This document shows, piece by piece, positions 28,180 through 39,048 of a stretch of DNA of 64,000 bases. Positions within the stretch are counted from its first letter, which is position 1; the number at the start of each line of letters is the position of its first letter. A program made the translations under genes and the position numbers. Where the stretch lies: positions 1 to 64,000 of the forward strand of contig JAPSGB010000022.1 in NCBI GenBank assembly GCA_035063585.1. Direction: 5' to 3'. The stretch is from Polyangiaceae bacterium (GTDB taxonomy: Bacteria; Myxococcota_A; Polyangia; Polyangiales; Polyangiaceae). The notes below the pieces were generated by a model. It saw nothing but the letters and a program-made list of their open reading frames with translations. It was not told the DNA's origin and did not search any database.

Positions 28180-28230
28180 ACGGACGGCTTGTGCCGAGGC
28201 CGCTTCCTGGGTCATGTTTCGCGCGTGAGA

Positions 28231-29916
28231 GTGAGATTTCGCGCCCCCCGAGGGTACGTCGCGTGGCTGGTCGCCTCGCTGGCTCTGTCGCTCGCCGTGC
28301 CGACCGCCGTGGCGCAGTCGGGAGCGAGCAGCAAAGCAGCGGCCTCGAACAAGCTCGAGGCGATCCGCGTGCTCATGGAGAAGGGCCAAGGGCTCTACCT
28401 GGCAGGCAATTATGCGGGTGCCGCCGATGTGTTCGAGGCAGGCTACAAGGCCTACCCGTACTCGGCGTTCCTCTTCAACGCCGGCGTCTGCTACCAGAAG
28501 CTCGGCAAGAACGACCAGGCGCTCGCGCGCTTTCAGGAGTACCTGCGGGTCGATCCTACCGCTCCGGACGCGGACAAGGTGAAGCTGCGGATCGCTGCGC
28601 TCCAGGCGGCGCTCGGGGTCTCGCAGCCCCCGCCGGTGGTCGGTGACGCCGGTGACGCCGGTGCCGACGCCGAGCCGGGAGACGCCGGCGTCACGCCGCA
28701 ACCGCCGCAGCCGCCGCCGGTCATCGTGCCGGACGATCAGGACGCGATGAAGTCGCTCGTGATCGTCGAGACCGAGCCGCCCGGCGCGCCGCTCGAGGTG
28801 TACGCGCGGACCGATCCGAAGGCCGCGCCCTTCAAGCTCGCCGGCGAGAACCCCGGGTGGACGGCGGTGGCGCGCACGACCGCGCCGGCGAACCTCACCC
28901 TCGCCGTCGGTCGCTACCACATCGTCGTGCAGAAGTTCCGCGACTTCAACGCGAGCGAGACGGACATCGACGTCTCTCCCGGCCACGTGCACGTGTTCAA
29001 GGCGAACCTGTCCCAGGGCGCGTTCATGGCGTTCTTGCGCGTCTCGGCCAACGTGCGCGGCGCGCATATCTACCTGGACGACAAGGCGAAGCAGCGCTCC
29101 GAGTGGGGCGTCACCCCGTTCGGCGAGCTGGTCGCGGGCGGCAAGCACACCATCCTCGTGGAGGCGCCCGGGTTCGAGCCGTTCTACCGCGAGGTCACCA
29201 TGGCGCACGGCGAGCAGAAAGAGCTGAACGTCGAGATGGTGCGCGTGAAATACGGTTTCTTGGCGGTCGACTCGAACGCGCCCGAGATCGCGGTCGAGCT
29301 CGACGGGGCTGCCGTGGGTGCCTGGCGGAGCGGCGAGCCGCCGCTCAAGGCGCGCGGCTCCTCCGCCGGCAAGCACCAGCTCAAGGTCACCGCCGACGGG
29401 CGCAAGACCTACACCGCCGAGGTCTCGATCCCGGCCGGGCAGATCCTGCCGGTGCACGTCACCATGATCCCGAAGTACCCGCGCGGGACGGCGTGGACGC
29501 AGGCGGTGATCGGCGCCGCCTTCGTCGGCGCCGGCATCTACTTCGGAACCGAGTCGAACCGCATCTACGACCAGCTCGAGGCGGATCGCGCCGCGGGCGT
29601 GCTCGAACCGGACGACAGCCGTGTGACCAAGGGGCGCTGGTACTCGATCGGCGCGGACGCTGGGTTCGCCATCGGCGGCGTGCTCGGCATCATCGCCACC
29701 TACAACTTCATCCGCGATCCGCTCCCGGACTCGAGCATGAAGACGGACAAGCCGAAGGAGTTCCCCGATCCGCTCGCCAAGCGCCCGACCGCGCTCGAGT
29801 GGCGCGGAGAGCCCGGCCGGCGCATGGTCGAGCGCGTGCCCGAGCGGCGCGGGCCCGCCTTCGGCCCGCGCCTCGGCGCGGCTGGCGGCGTCTTCGGCTT
29901 CGGAGGGAGCTTCTGA
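28231..29916 (+). CDS. TPR + PEGA domain protein
   Basis: Signal peptide, TPR (FLFNAGVCYQKLG), three PEGA-like repeats (ETEPPGA, ANVRGA.IYLD, GKH.L.VT), C-terminal ...GGSF; start uncertain (28225/28231). Confidence 0.85.
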   Translation: MRFRAPRGYVAWLVASLALSLAVPTAVAQSGASSKAAASNKLEAIRVLMEKGQGLYLAGNYAGAADVFEAGYKAYPYSAFLFNAGVCYQKLGKNDQALARFQEYLRVDPTAPDADKVKLRIAALQAALGVSQPPPVVGDAGDAGADAEPGDAGVTPQPPQPPPVIVPDDQDAMKSLVIVETEPPGAPLEVYARTDPKAAPFKLAGENPGWTAVARTTAPANLTLAVGRYHIVVQKFRDFNASETDIDVSPGHVHVFKANLSQGAFMAFLRVSANVRGAHIYLDDKAKQRSEWGVTPFGELVAGGKHTILVEAPGFEPFYREVTMAHGEQKELNVEMVRVKYGFLAVDSNAPEIAVELDGAAVGAWRSGEPPLKARGSSAGKHQLKVTADGRKTYTAEVSIPAGQILPVHVTMIPKYPRGTAWTQAVIGAAFVGAGIYFGTESNRIYDQLEADRAAGVLEPDDSRVTKGRWYSIGADAGFAIGGVLGIIATYNFIRDPLPDSSMKTDKPKEFPDPLAKRPTALEWRGEPGRRMVERVPERRGPAFGPRLGAAGGVFGFGGSF

Positions 29917-31268
29917 TGGCCCGCCGTGTCACCACGGTCGTCGCGTCGCTCGGCGCGCTCGCGCTCGTCACCGGCTGCAGCTGGAGCCGCTTCGACGACG
30001 TGTCGGAGGAGTCTCCGGTCGTGCTCTTGAAGCGCCCGGGCTCGCTCTCGTCCGGCTTCGGCTTCGGAGTGGCCGCGCTCACCGGCCCCGACGGCACCAC
30101 CGAGCTCATCTCGGGCGGCCCGCCCGGGCGCCACGGAGCGGCCGTGTTCCGGCTCGGCTCCGGTGACCAGCCGCGCGTCGACGCGAGCGACACCGGCCAG
30201 TGCAAGAACGCGGAGGATCCTTGCTATCTGGCCGCGTCCTTCGCGGGGATCATCCTGTCGACCGCGCCGAGCGCGCCGGCGCAGCGCTGCTTCGTGTCGG
30301 GGATCGGCAGCTCACAGGGCAGCGGCAACGGGCTCGTCACCCGCTGCGACGACACCACCGAGTTCGTGCTCGCGGTCCCGCCCGCCGTGAAATCGCAGCT
30401 CATCGAGCCGGCCGTCGCAAATGGCGAGGCCGAGCCCTTCGTGCTCCGCTCGGACAAGGGCGCGTCTCCTGCGCTGGTCGCTGGCGCGGAGAATCAGCGC
30501 CTCGCGTGGTTCTACGCGCCGGGCTCGACCGAGCCCGTAGAGCTCGTCCCGCCCGGCGGCGGCGCCGAGACGAGCTACGGCGCGGCGGTCGTCAGCCTGC
30601 GTTCGGGCGCCGGGCGCATCTTCGCGGTGTCCGCGCCCGCCGCCGGGCACGTCTGGCTCTTCCGCAGCGCCGACGGCGCGACCGTGGAGTCTATCGGGTG
30701 TCTCGGCGGCGCCGCCGGCTTCGGCCGCGCGCTCGGCTCCGGGTTCGTCGACGCCGACGACAAGGACGAGCTCGTGATCGCCGATGAACGGAACGTCACG
30801 GTGCTCGACGGCAAGGCGCTCGCGAGCCTCGCGCCGACGAGCTCGCCCTCGTGCGGCATGGCGAGTCTGCCCGCGGGCGCGTTGGTCGCATCCTTCGGGT
30901 GCGGCGCGACGCCGGCCGTGAGCGGCTGCGACGGCTCTGGCTTCGGAGCCTCGGTCGACGTCGGCGATCTCGACGGCGACGGCGATGGTGAGATCATCGT
31001 CGGCGCGCCGCGGATGTCGGCGCGTGACGTGAGCGCGTCCGGCGCGGTGCTGATCTACGATGTCGAGGGAGACGATCGGAGCCGGCTGTCCGACGTAAAG
31101 TTCATCTCGTCGGCGGAGACGGGGGACGCGCTCGGCAGCTTCGTGGCCGCGGCGCGGGTCGGCACGCGCGACATCATCGCGGCCGGCGCGCCCGGCACCG
31201 GCAAGACCGCGCTCTTCTACTGCACCTCGCTCCTGCCGCCGGAGCAGCAGGGGGCGCGCTGCCAGTAG
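29916..31268 (+). CDS. FG-GAP (integrin-alpha-like) repeat lipoprotein
   Basis: VTGC lipobox; [50 protein letters not shown] overlap. Confidence 0.85.
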   Translation: MARRVTTVVASLGALALVTGCSWSRFDDVSEESPVVLLKRPGSLSSGFGFGVAALTGPDGTTELISGGPPGRHGAAVFRLGSGDQPRVDASDTGQCKNAEDPCYLAASFAGIILSTAPSAPAQRCFVSGIGSSQGSGNGLVTRCDDTTEFVLAVPPAVKSQLIEPAVANGEAEPFVLRSDKGASPALVAGAENQRLAWFYAPGSTEPVELVPPGGGAETSYGAAVVSLRSGAGRIFAVSAPAAGHVWLFRSADGATVESIGCLGGAAGFGRALGSGFVDADDKDELVIADERNVTVLDGKALASLAPTSSPSCGMASLPAGALVASFGCGATPAVSGCDGSGFGASVDVGDLDGDGDGEIIVGAPRMSARDVSASGAVLIYDVEGDDRSRLSDVKFISSAETGDALGSFVAAARVGTRDIIAAGAPGTGKTALFYCTSLLPPEQQGARCQ

Positions 31269-31293
31269 CGCGGCGCGCCCGCGGGAAGTCACC

Positions 31294-32727
31294 ATGATGC
31301 TCCCCGAGCGCAAGCAGATCCTGGTCGCCGACGACGAGCCGAACCTCCGGCGCGTGCTCAGCGCGCAGCTCGTGCGCGACGGCTATGACGTCCACACCGC
31401 GGAGGACGGGGAGCAGGCGCTCGAGCTCTTGCGCGAGCACCACGTCGATCTCCTGATTACCGATCTGCGCATGCCGAAGCTCGACGGCATGGAGCTCTTG
31501 CGTCGCGCCGTCGAGCTCGACGAAGGGCTCCCGGTGGTGATGATCACGGCGCACGGCACCGTGGACAACGCCGTCGAAGCGCTCAAGACGGGCGCCTTCG
31601 ACTACATCACCAAGCCGTTCGACCAGGCCGAGGTCCGCACCATCGTCAAGAAGGCGCTCACGACGCGCGCTCTCGCCGAAGCCGAAGCGACCCGCCCGGC
31701 GCCGACCCCGACCGGCGTCAGCGCGCGCTACGGAATCATCGGGCTGAGCCCGGGGATCCGCGCGATCTACGCGGTGCTCGATCGCGTGGCCGATACCCCG
31801 ACCACGGTGCTCATCACCGGCGAGAGCGGTACCGGCAAGGAGCTGGTCGCGAGGGCGCTCCACGAGAACTCCTCGCGTCGCGACAAGCCCTTCATCAAGG
31901 TAAATTGCGCGGCGATCCCCAAGGATCTCATGGAGAGCGAGCTCTTCGGCTACGAGCGCGGCGCCTTCACCGGCGCGATCGGCTCGAAGCCCGGGCGCTT
32001 CGAGCTCGCGTCCGGCGGGACGCTCTTCCTCGACGAGATCGGCTCGATACCGATCGAGATGCAGGTCAAGCTGCTCCGCGCCCTGCAGGAGAGCGAGTTC
32101 GAGCGGGTCGGCGGGATCAAGACCATCCGGGTCGATGTCCGGCTCATCTCTGCGACCAACAGTGATCTGAAGAAGGAGATCGCGAGCGGCGCGTTCCGCG
32201 AGGACCTCTACTACCGACTGAACGTGGTGCCGATCCGTCTGCCATCGCTCCGCGAGCGAGCGGAGGACATCCCGCTCCTCATCGGGCACTTCATCGAGAA
32301 GTTCGACGCGCGGCTCGGAAAATCGGTGGCCGGCATCGATGGCGAAGCGGGGGCCGTGCTCGCGTCGTATCTCTGGCCCGGGAACATCCGCGAGCTCGAG
32401 AACGTCATCGAGCGCGCGGTGCTCTTCTGCGATGGGGAGCGGATCTCCGCTGCCGATCTCCCGCCGGACGTTCGGCAGCGCGCCGGCGGCTCGACCTCGG
32501 CGAGCGCCGCGCAGCCGCCTGCTCCCGAGGCGCTCGGCCCGGACGGCCTCAAGGAGCAGGTGAAGGCGGCCATGAGCCGGCTCGAGCGCGAGCTCATCGT
32601 GAAGGCCCTCGACCAGACCGGCGGCAACGTGACCCACGCCGCGCGACTCCTCAAGATCTCGCGCAAGGGTCTCCAGCTCAAGATGAAGGAGCTCGGGCTC
32701 CGTGAGCGCGACGAGCGCGTCGACTGA
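31294..32727 (+). CDS. Sigma54-dependent response regulator (NtrC/AtoC family)
   Basis: Receiver [37 protein letters not shown]; Fis HTH. Confidence 0.96.
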   Translation: MMLPERKQILVADDEPNLRRVLSAQLVRDGYDVHTAEDGEQALELLREHHVDLLITDLRMPKLDGMELLRRAVELDEGLPVVMITAHGTVDNAVEALKTGAFDYITKPFDQAEVRTIVKKALTTRALAEAEATRPAPTPTGVSARYGIIGLSPGIRAIYAVLDRVADTPTTVLITGESGTGKELVARALHENSSRRDKPFIKVNCAAIPKDLMESELFGYERGAFTGAIGSKPGRFELASGGTLFLDEIGSIPIEMQVKLLRALQESEFERVGGIKTIRVDVRLISATNSDLKKEIASGAFREDLYYRLNVVPIRLPSLRERAEDIPLLIGHFIEKFDARLGKSVAGIDGEAGAVLASYLWPGNIRELENVIERAVLFCDGERISAADLPPDVRQRAGGSTSASAAQPPAPEALGPDGLKEQVKAAMSRLERELIVKALDQTGGNVTHAARLLKISRKGLQLKMKELGLRERDERVD

Positions 32728-33937
32728 GCGTTCGCGTCGCGGGTCGTCGCGGCGCGCGAGCGGCCCGGCGCTCGTGCTCTCGCTCCTCATCGTGCCGGTC
32801 GCGTGTCGCTCGCGCGAGCGAGCGAACGGCGCCCCGCCCCCGTCGGCGAGCGCGGTCGGGGCGCCGCTCGGCCCTCCGGTGGCGCCGCCCGAGCCTCGCA
32901 AAGGGATGGTGTACGTCCCGGGCGGCGCGCTGGTCGCTGGGACGCCACCCAACGTGCTCCCGCGGGTCGCGGACGAGGAGATGCCGGGCGAGCAGGTCAT
33001 CCTCAAAGGGTTCTACATCGACGTCTACCCGTATCCGAACGAGGAGGGCGCCATCCCGCTCACCGGGGTGACTCAGCGCGAGGCCAGCGTCTCGTGCGAA
33101 GAGGCGGGCAAGCGGCTCTGCAGCGAGCTCGAGTGGGAGCGCGCGTGCAAGGGGCCGGACAACGACACCTATGAGTACGGGAAGCGCTACGCGCCCGAGC
33201 GCTGCGGCACGGGCGCGCTCCCCAGCATGCAGCCGACCGGGCTCCGCGTCGGCTGCCAGAGCCGCTTCGGCGTTCGAGATCTCCACGGGGGCGTGTGGGA
33301 GTGGACGTCGAGCCCGTGGGGGCGCGGCTCCTCGCGCGGGCTCGCCACGCTGCGCGGCGGCAACGCCGCCGACGGCGAGCTGGTCGGGCGCTGCGCCAAC
33401 GCGCTCGCCCGCCCGCCGGAGACCTCCTCACCGACCATCGGGTTTCGCTGCTGCGCGGGGCCGCCGAACGACGCGGAGGTCGTGCTCAGGATCACCCGCG
33501 GGCAGAAGCTCGAGCCGCGCGACGGCCTGCCGCGCGCGCTGTCGGCGCGGCTCATGAGCCAGTTTCCGGAGGCGGCCAAGCGCGACATCGCGAACCCCGC
33601 CGATTTCAAGCTCGAGCGCTCGTGGTACTGGCGACCGACCGGCAACGAGCGCCTGCTCGTCGCTGGCGGTTGCGCCGGGCTCGGCTCGAAGCCCGCCTGC
33701 GGCATCCTCGTCGCGCGCGAGGTGCTCGACGAGCTCGCGATCCTCGGCTGGGCCTCGAGCGGTCACTGGGCGCCGACCGTGCACCCGGACGTGGACGCCC
33801 GCGATCTCTGGCTCTTCGGCGGTGACGACCTCGGGCAGTTTCGCCGGCTGGTTCAATACCGCTCGGGTCGCCTCAGCCTTGGGGACAAAGAGCGGCGAGT
33901 GCCGAGGCCGGCGAAGAAGAAGCGTAAGAAGCGCTGA
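32702..33937 (+). CDS. Formylglycine-generating enzyme (SUMF1)-family domain lipoprotein
   Basis: MVYVPGG, GKRLC...[24 protein letters not shown]; lipobox PVAC; start uncertain. Confidence 0.82.
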   Translation: MSATSASTERSRRGSSRRASGPALVLSLLIVPVACRSRERANGAPPPSASAVGAPLGPPVAPPEPRKGMVYVPGGALVAGTPPNVLPRVADEEMPGEQVILKGFYIDVYPYPNEEGAIPLTGVTQREASVSCEEAGKRLCSELEWERACKGPDNDTYEYGKRYAPERCGTGALPSMQPTGLRVGCQSRFGVRDLHGGVWEWTSSPWGRGSSRGLATLRGGNAADGELVGRCANALARPPETSSPTIGFRCCAGPPNDAEVVLRITRGQKLEPRDGLPRALSARLMSQFPEAAKRDIANPADFKLERSWYWRPTGNERLLVAGGCAGLGSKPACGILVAREVLDELAILGWASSGHWAPTVHPDVDARDLWLFGGDDLGQFRRLVQYRSGRLSLGDKERRVPRPAKKKRKKR

Positions 33938-33941
33938 ACCC

Positions 33942-34373
33942 TCACCGCCCGCGGCAGAGGTCGTTCACGCGGGTCACGGTCGTGCGCTCGCGCGTCGCCA
34001 GAGCGTCGACTCGCCGCCGATACTCGGTGATGTGGGTCTTCCGGGCGGGATCGGCGAGGGTGTCGGCGAGCTCGCCGAGCGCGGTGCCGGTCTCGGTGAA
34101 GATCCCCGCGAGCTCGTGGGTCGACTTGCCGAGGCGCGGCTCCGCGGGCGTGTGGCGCCCGACGCGCTCGCCGAGCGCGGTGTAGTGTCCCGCGACCTGG
34201 CGGAGGAGAGCGGGCTCGCTCCGGCGCGCCGGCGGCGCGAGCTTCGCGATCACCTCGAGCTCCGGGTTCACGATGTCGAGGAGCGCGTTGCACTCGCGGG
34301 TCCGCGTGAGTGGTTCGCAGCCGAGCAGCGGGAGCGCGAGTGAGGCGAAGACCCAGGCGTGGCGGAGCCGCAT
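33942..34373 (-). CDS. Small helical lipoprotein
   Basis: LLGC lipobox, ...ECNAL..., C-terminal NDLC. Confidence 0.72.
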   Translation of the reverse strand: MRLRHAWVFASLALPLLGCEPLTRTRECNALLDIVNPELEVIAKLAPPARRSEPALLRQVAGHYTALGERVGRHTPAEPRLGKSTHELAGIFTETGTALGELADTLADPARKTHITEYRRRVDALATRERTTVTRVNDLCRGR

Positions 34374-34441
34374 CGGGGCGGGAGCATAGCTGCTCGTCGC
34401 GGTTCGTGCCCCGTTCGCCTCGGCGATAGTACACTCGCGAC

Positions 34442-35638
34442 GTGGAACGCACGGCTCGAAGCCAGCGTCTCGGCGCCGCCCTCGCCGCGCTCGGGCTCCT
34501 CGTGCTCGCCGCGTGTGAGCGCGCGTCGCCGCCCGACGAGCCGCCGCGCCGGGCGGCTGCGCTGCCGGCCGGCTCCGCGCCGGCGAGCGCGGCGGAGCTC
34601 GCCGCCCTGCTCGGCGACGCGGCTGCCGCGGACGGTGGCGGGCGCCTGGAGGCGGAGCGGACGGTCACCGCGCTTCGAGAGCGCGGCCTGCGCGTCCCGC
34701 CGCGGCGCGTCGCGGCCGAGCGCCTCGCGTTCAGCGGCGCGCGCCTCGCGCAGCTCGCCGCCGACGCCCTGGTGCTGCGGGACGCGAAGAGCGGCGCGGA
34801 GCTCGCGCGGCTCCCGGTGGATGCGCCGCGGAGCGTCGTCGCCAGCATCGACGGCGGCTTCATCGTGGCGGCCGAGAGCGCCGTGTACCGCCTCGACCCG
34901 AAGGCGAAAGCGCTGGCGCGGCTCCCGCGCGTCACGCTCTTCCCCGAGTCCGCGCTGTTCGCCGACCGGCGGGAGCCGAGCGCCTTCTGGGTGCTGCACA
35001 CCATCGACCCCACGCTGTACCGTTATGACGTCCCGGACGGCGCCGTCCCGGCGCTGCTCGCGCCCGCTGACTTCGTGTCGCTCCCCGGATACGCCGGGGG
35101 AGCCTTTGCCGCGCTCGCGGACGGGTCGTTCGCTTACGCGACGTCGCGCGGGCTCGAGCGGGTCTTCCCGAAGGGCAAGGAGCGTGACTACGGAGCCTCG
35201 GAAGGGGGCGCCGTGGTCTGGCGCCTGCTCGCGGCGCGGCGGCAGGATCAGGTCTGGGCGATCCTCGCGGACGGGCGCGCCGAGCTCGTGGATCTCTCGG
35301 GCCCCCGGCAGCGAGTCGTGCGACGACTCGCGCTCGGCTCGACCCCGTTCGACGTGGCCTCGAGCGACGACACGCTCGCGGTGGTCCGCGTGGTGGAGGC
35401 GGCGGGCGCGCCCCGGCGCTGGCACCTCGACGTGTACGATGCCTCCGGCGAGAAGCGCCTGGAGGCTCCGCTCCCGCCCGATCCGCCCATCTCGGCCGGC
35501 GATGACTGGGTGCGCCGGGTGACGAGCGATCGCTCGGTCGTCCTCGCGCCGAAGGCGACCGAGGTCGCGGTCGGAGGCCCGGGCTCCCTGGCGCTCTGGG
35601 ACGTGAAGACCGGACGCGCTATCCTTCCGTCTCGGTGA
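34442..35638 (+). CDS. Lipoprotein, probable beta-propeller
   Basis: LAAC lipobox; repeated beta-strand motifs (LRDAKSG, LWDVKTG); TACACT 6 nt before GTG. Confidence 0.72.
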   Translation: MERTARSQRLGAALAALGLLVLAACERASPPDEPPRRAAALPAGSAPASAAELAALLGDAAAADGGGRLEAERTVTALRERGLRVPPRRVAAERLAFSGARLAQLAADALVLRDAKSGAELARLPVDAPRSVVASIDGGFIVAAESAVYRLDPKAKALARLPRVTLFPESALFADRREPSAFWVLHTIDPTLYRYDVPDGAVPALLAPADFVSLPGYAGGAFAALADGSFAYATSRGLERVFPKGKERDYGASEGGAVVWRLLAARRQDQVWAILADGRAELVDLSGPRQRVVRRLALGSTPFDVASSDDTLAVVRVVEAAGAPRRWHLDVYDASGEKRLEAPLPPDPPISAGDDWVRRVTSDRSVVLAPKATEVAVGGPGSLALWDVKTGRAILPSR

Positions 35639-35705
35639 ACGTCATGAGCCTTGGATCGTCGAAGAGCTTGCCCGAAGCTGGCGATGCCGGAGAGGATGTC
35701 TCGTC

Positions 35706-36194
35706 GTGACTGCTCGACCTCGGCTCACCTGGCGTCGTCGCGCGGCCCTCTGCGGGGCCGCGCTCGGTGCGACCCTGGTCGGGCCACCGCCGGCCGCGGC
35801 CGACCCCTCGCCGGAGGCGACCGCGCTCGCCGGCCGTGCCAAGAAGCAGGACGACCGCCCGGTGGCCTCGTACATCGGCTTCCGGCGGCTCTCGGACGGT
35901 AGCGCGCGCGTGTTCGTCCAGCTCACCGGGAAGCCGGCCACCATCACCAAGCGAGCGGCCGGCAACCGGCTCACGTACACCCTCGGCGAGGTGCGCGTGT
36001 CGCTCCGCAACAACCGAAATCCGCTCCTCGCGCTCGATTTCGACTCGCAGGTGGTGAGCGCGCAGCTCGTGGCGGTCGGCAAGGACGTGAACCTCGTCAT
36101 CGACCTCCGCAGCCCGGTCACCGCGACCGAGAAGCTCGAGCCGCTCGGCGCGGGTGCCAACTTCGTGGTCGACGTGCCGAGGCCGGCCAAGTAG
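35706..36194 (+). CDS. Secreted AMIN-like domain protein
   Basis: Signal peptide with RRR; ARVFVQL...NLVIDLR beta pattern resembles AMIN domains. Confidence 0.65.
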   Translation: MTARPRLTWRRRAALCGAALGATLVGPPPAAADPSPEATALAGRAKKQDDRPVASYIGFRRLSDGSARVFVQLTGKPATITKRAAGNRLTYTLGEVRVSLRNNRNPLLALDFDSQVVSAQLVAVGKDVNLVIDLRSPVTATEKLEPLGAGANFVVDVPRPAK

Positions 36195-36400
36195 CCGCGG
36201 CGTCGGGCTGCGTCGGGCCGCGGAGGCGCCTCGCGGCGCCGGCCGCGCCGGACCGGCGCCCGGGCCCGAGCCCCGGTCGCGCGAGCTTCACTCGCGCCCC
36301 CGGGCGCTCGGGCGAAGCCTGGGTCATCCACCCGGAACTTGGCCGTTTTCCCCGGGGCTGACCATGTTCGAGAGCCGAGCATGGAGGCAGAGCCCAGCCG

Positions 36401-38953
36401 ATGACGTCGCCGCGACTCGAACCGGAGCTCGCCGAGCTCCGAGCAACCGCCGAAGCGCTCTCGAAGAGCCGAAGCGAGCGCGTCTCGAGCGCGCACCTCT
36501 TGGCGGCGATCGCCGCGCGCCCGGGCCCCGCGGCGGATCTCCTCGCGGAGCGGAAGCTCGGCGAGGAGGTGCTGCTCCGCGCGGCGCGTGTCGCGAGCGA
36601 GGAGCTCCCCGATCCGCTCCGCCACGCGCAGCAACGGGCGCGGGAGATCGCCGGGCGGATGAACGCGCCCGAGGTCGGCGCGCTGCACCTGCTCATCGCG
36701 CTGCTCGTCGAGCGGAACGGCGCCGCGCACCGCGCGCTCGATCAGTGCGGCGTCGACGTAGCGCGTCTCCGCGCGGCGGCGATGAGCTTCGCGCTCGGCG
36801 CCATCGGCCGGCGCCGCGTGGTTCGACGCGACGCCCCGGTCGAGCGCGAGCAGAGGGCCTCGGCTGCCCCGCGGCGCGCACCCTCGGGCGTCACCATCCC
36901 GCTCTTTCCGCCTCCCGCGCCGGAGCAGCTCCGCGTGCGCGGGCGCGGACCGTCGCGTGCCGAGCCGGTCGCGCCCGCGACTCCCGCGACTCCCGCGTCG
37001 ACTCCGCCGGTTGCGGCGCCGCCTCCGCGCGCGCAGCCAGAGGCGCGAGAGGCGCCCGCGCCCCGATGCGCGCCGGTTCGGGCAGGAGGAGGTGGGGTCG
37101 GTTCGGCGCGGAAACGCGGACGGCAGGTCGCCATCGACGTCGCGCGCTTCGAGCTCGACCCCCGGAAGTTTCCCGCGCTCTCCTCGCTCGGCAAGAACCT
37201 CACGCTCGCTGCGGCGCGCGGCGAGCTCGATCCGGTGGTGGGGCGCGAGGCCGAGATCGAGCAGACGCTCGACGTGCTCGCCAAGCGACAGGGGAACAGC
37301 CCCTGTCTGGTGGGACCGAGCGGGGTCGGCAAGACCAGCGTGGTGCGCGGGCTCGCGCAGCGCATCGCCGAGCAGAGGGACGTGGTCTCGCTCGACGATC
37401 GGATCATCATCGAGCTCCCGGTGCCCGAGCTCATCGCGGGGACCGGCGTGCGCGGCGCGCTCGCCGAGCGCGCCATCGCGATTCGTCGCGAGGTCGAGGC
37501 GACGCGCGGGCGCGTGGTGCTCTTCTTCGACGAGCTCCACCAGCTCTTCGCCGGCGACGCGGCCGACGAGCTGACCGGTGAGCTGAAGCTCGCGCTCGCG
37601 CGCGGTGAGCTCCCGTGCATCGGCGCGACGACCAGCGAGGAGTACCGGCGCGTCATCGAGGCCGACGCCGCGCTCGCGCGGCGCTTCTCGGTGGTCGAGG
37701 TGGAGGAACCGGGGCGCGAGGACGCATTCCTGATCCTGTCGGCGCTCGCGCCACGCCTCGGCGCGCATCACGCGGTCGAGTTCGAGGAAGAGGCGCTGGC
37801 GCTCGCCGTGGCCTGGTCGGTCCGGTACCTCCCCGGGCGTGCGCTCCCCGACAAGGCGATGAACGTCGTCGATCTCGCCGGCGCGCGGGCGCGCCGCCGC
37901 GGAAAATCGAGCGTGACACCGGAGGGCGTGGCAGAGGTGATCGCCGAGCAGGCGGACATGCCGATCGAGCGCCTGCTCGAGACCGATGGCAGCCGGATGC
38001 TCCGGCTCGAAGAGATCCTCGCCGAGCGCGTGGTCGGGCACGAGGCGGAGATCGCGCGCATCGCGCGCATCTTGCGGCGGAACGCGGCCGGGCTCGGCGC
38101 ACGGCGTCCGATCGGCACCTTCCTCCTCCTCGGCCCGACCGGGGTCGGCAAGACGGAGACGGCCAAGGCCATCGCGGAGGTGCTCTTCCACAGCGAGACC
38201 GCCATGACGCGGCTCGATCTCTCGGAGTTCAGCGAGGCGCATGCGGTCGCCCGACTCATCGGCGCGCCCCCCGGCTACATCGGCCACGACGCGGGCGGAC
38301 AGCTCACCGAGGCGGTGCGCCGTCGCCCGTACCAGGTGATCCTGCTCGACGAGATCGAGAAGGCGCACCCCGAGGTGCTGGTCACCTTCCTCGGCGTGTT
38401 CGACGAGGGACGGCTCACCGACGGGCGCGGCCGAACCGTGGATTTCACCAACACCGTGATCCTGCTCACCTCGAACCTCGGCGCCGAAGAGACCGGCGCG
38501 GCGCCGCGCCGCCGCGTCGGGTTCGGCGCGGACGCGGGGCATGCGCGCGCCGAGCTCGAGACGCGCGTCGTCGCCGCCGCGCGCGCGGCGCTGCCGCCCG
38601 AGCTCTACAACCGGATCGACGAGGTGCTCGCCTTCGCGCCGCTCGAGCGCGCCGACGTTCGCGAGATCGCGCGACGGCTGCTCGCCGCGATGGGCCAGCG
38701 GCTCTCGGCCGAGCGCGGGGTGCGCCTCGACGCAGGCGAGGACGTCATCGATTTCCTGCTCGACGCGGGCGGCTTCGACCAGACCCTCGGCGCGCGCCCG
38801 ATGAAGCGCACCCTGGCGCGGCTGGTCGAGGCGCCGCTCGCGGAGCGGATCCTGCGCGGCGAGCTCCATCGTGGGACGGTGGCGCTCCTCGGGATCGAGG
38901 ACGGCACGCTCACCGTCGACCTGCTCGACGCGGCCGAGCCCGCCGCGGAGTGA
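36401..38953 (+). CDS. ATP-dependent Clp protease ATP-binding subunit (ClpA/ClpC type)
   Basis: Clp N-repeats (HLL..I), LDPVVGR, GPSGVGKT, FFDELH, LPDKA, GPTGVGKTE, GAPPGYIG, LLDEIEKAHP, VGF loop, GARP. Confidence 0.93.
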   Translation: MTSPRLEPELAELRATAEALSKSRSERVSSAHLLAAIAARPGPAADLLAERKLGEEVLLRAARVASEELPDPLRHAQQRAREIAGRMNAPEVGALHLLIALLVERNGAAHRALDQCGVDVARLRAAAMSFALGAIGRRRVVRRDAPVEREQRASAAPRRAPSGVTIPLFPPPAPEQLRVRGRGPSRAEPVAPATPATPASTPPVAAPPPRAQPEAREAPAPRCAPVRAGGGGVGSARKRGRQVAIDVARFELDPRKFPALSSLGKNLTLAAARGELDPVVGREAEIEQTLDVLAKRQGNSPCLVGPSGVGKTSVVRGLAQRIAEQRDVVSLDDRIIIELPVPELIAGTGVRGALAERAIAIRREVEATRGRVVLFFDELHQLFAGDAADELTGELKLALARGELPCIGATTSEEYRRVIEADAALARRFSVVEVEEPGREDAFLILSALAPRLGAHHAVEFEEEALALAVAWSVRYLPGRALPDKAMNVVDLAGARARRRGKSSVTPEGVAEVIAEQADMPIERLLETDGSRMLRLEEILAERVVGHEAEIARIARILRRNAAGLGARRPIGTFLLLGPTGVGKTETAKAIAEVLFHSETAMTRLDLSEFSEAHAVARLIGAPPGYIGHDAGGQLTEAVRRRPYQVILLDEIEKAHPEVLVTFLGVFDEGRLTDGRGRTVDFTNTVILLTSNLGAEETGAAPRRRVGFGADAGHARAELETRVVAAARAALPPELYNRIDEVLAFAPLERADVREIARRLLAAMGQRLSAERGVRLDAGEDVIDFLLDAGGFDQTLGARPMKRTLARLVEAPLAERILRGELHRGTVALLGIEDGTLTVDLLDAAEPAAE

Positions 38954-39048
38954 GCGAGCTTCGCGCGGTCGGCTGACTCGCGCGGCCCGGAGGGTGTAAG
39001 ACTCGGGTGACCCGCGAGTCGGGCCCCACTCGCACCCGAGGCGGTATC

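Noticed and set aside
36195..36400. CIRCE or other heat-shock operator upstream of the clp ATPase
   Set aside because: No TTAGCACTC-N9-GAGTGCTAA or similar repeat is present.
35642..38869. Long antisense or alternate-frame ORFs (e.g. 35642-38869, 7848-9593, 31174-33006, 61367-63130, 4-576)
   Set aside because: Typical high-GC shadow ORFs opposite genes with clear motifs.
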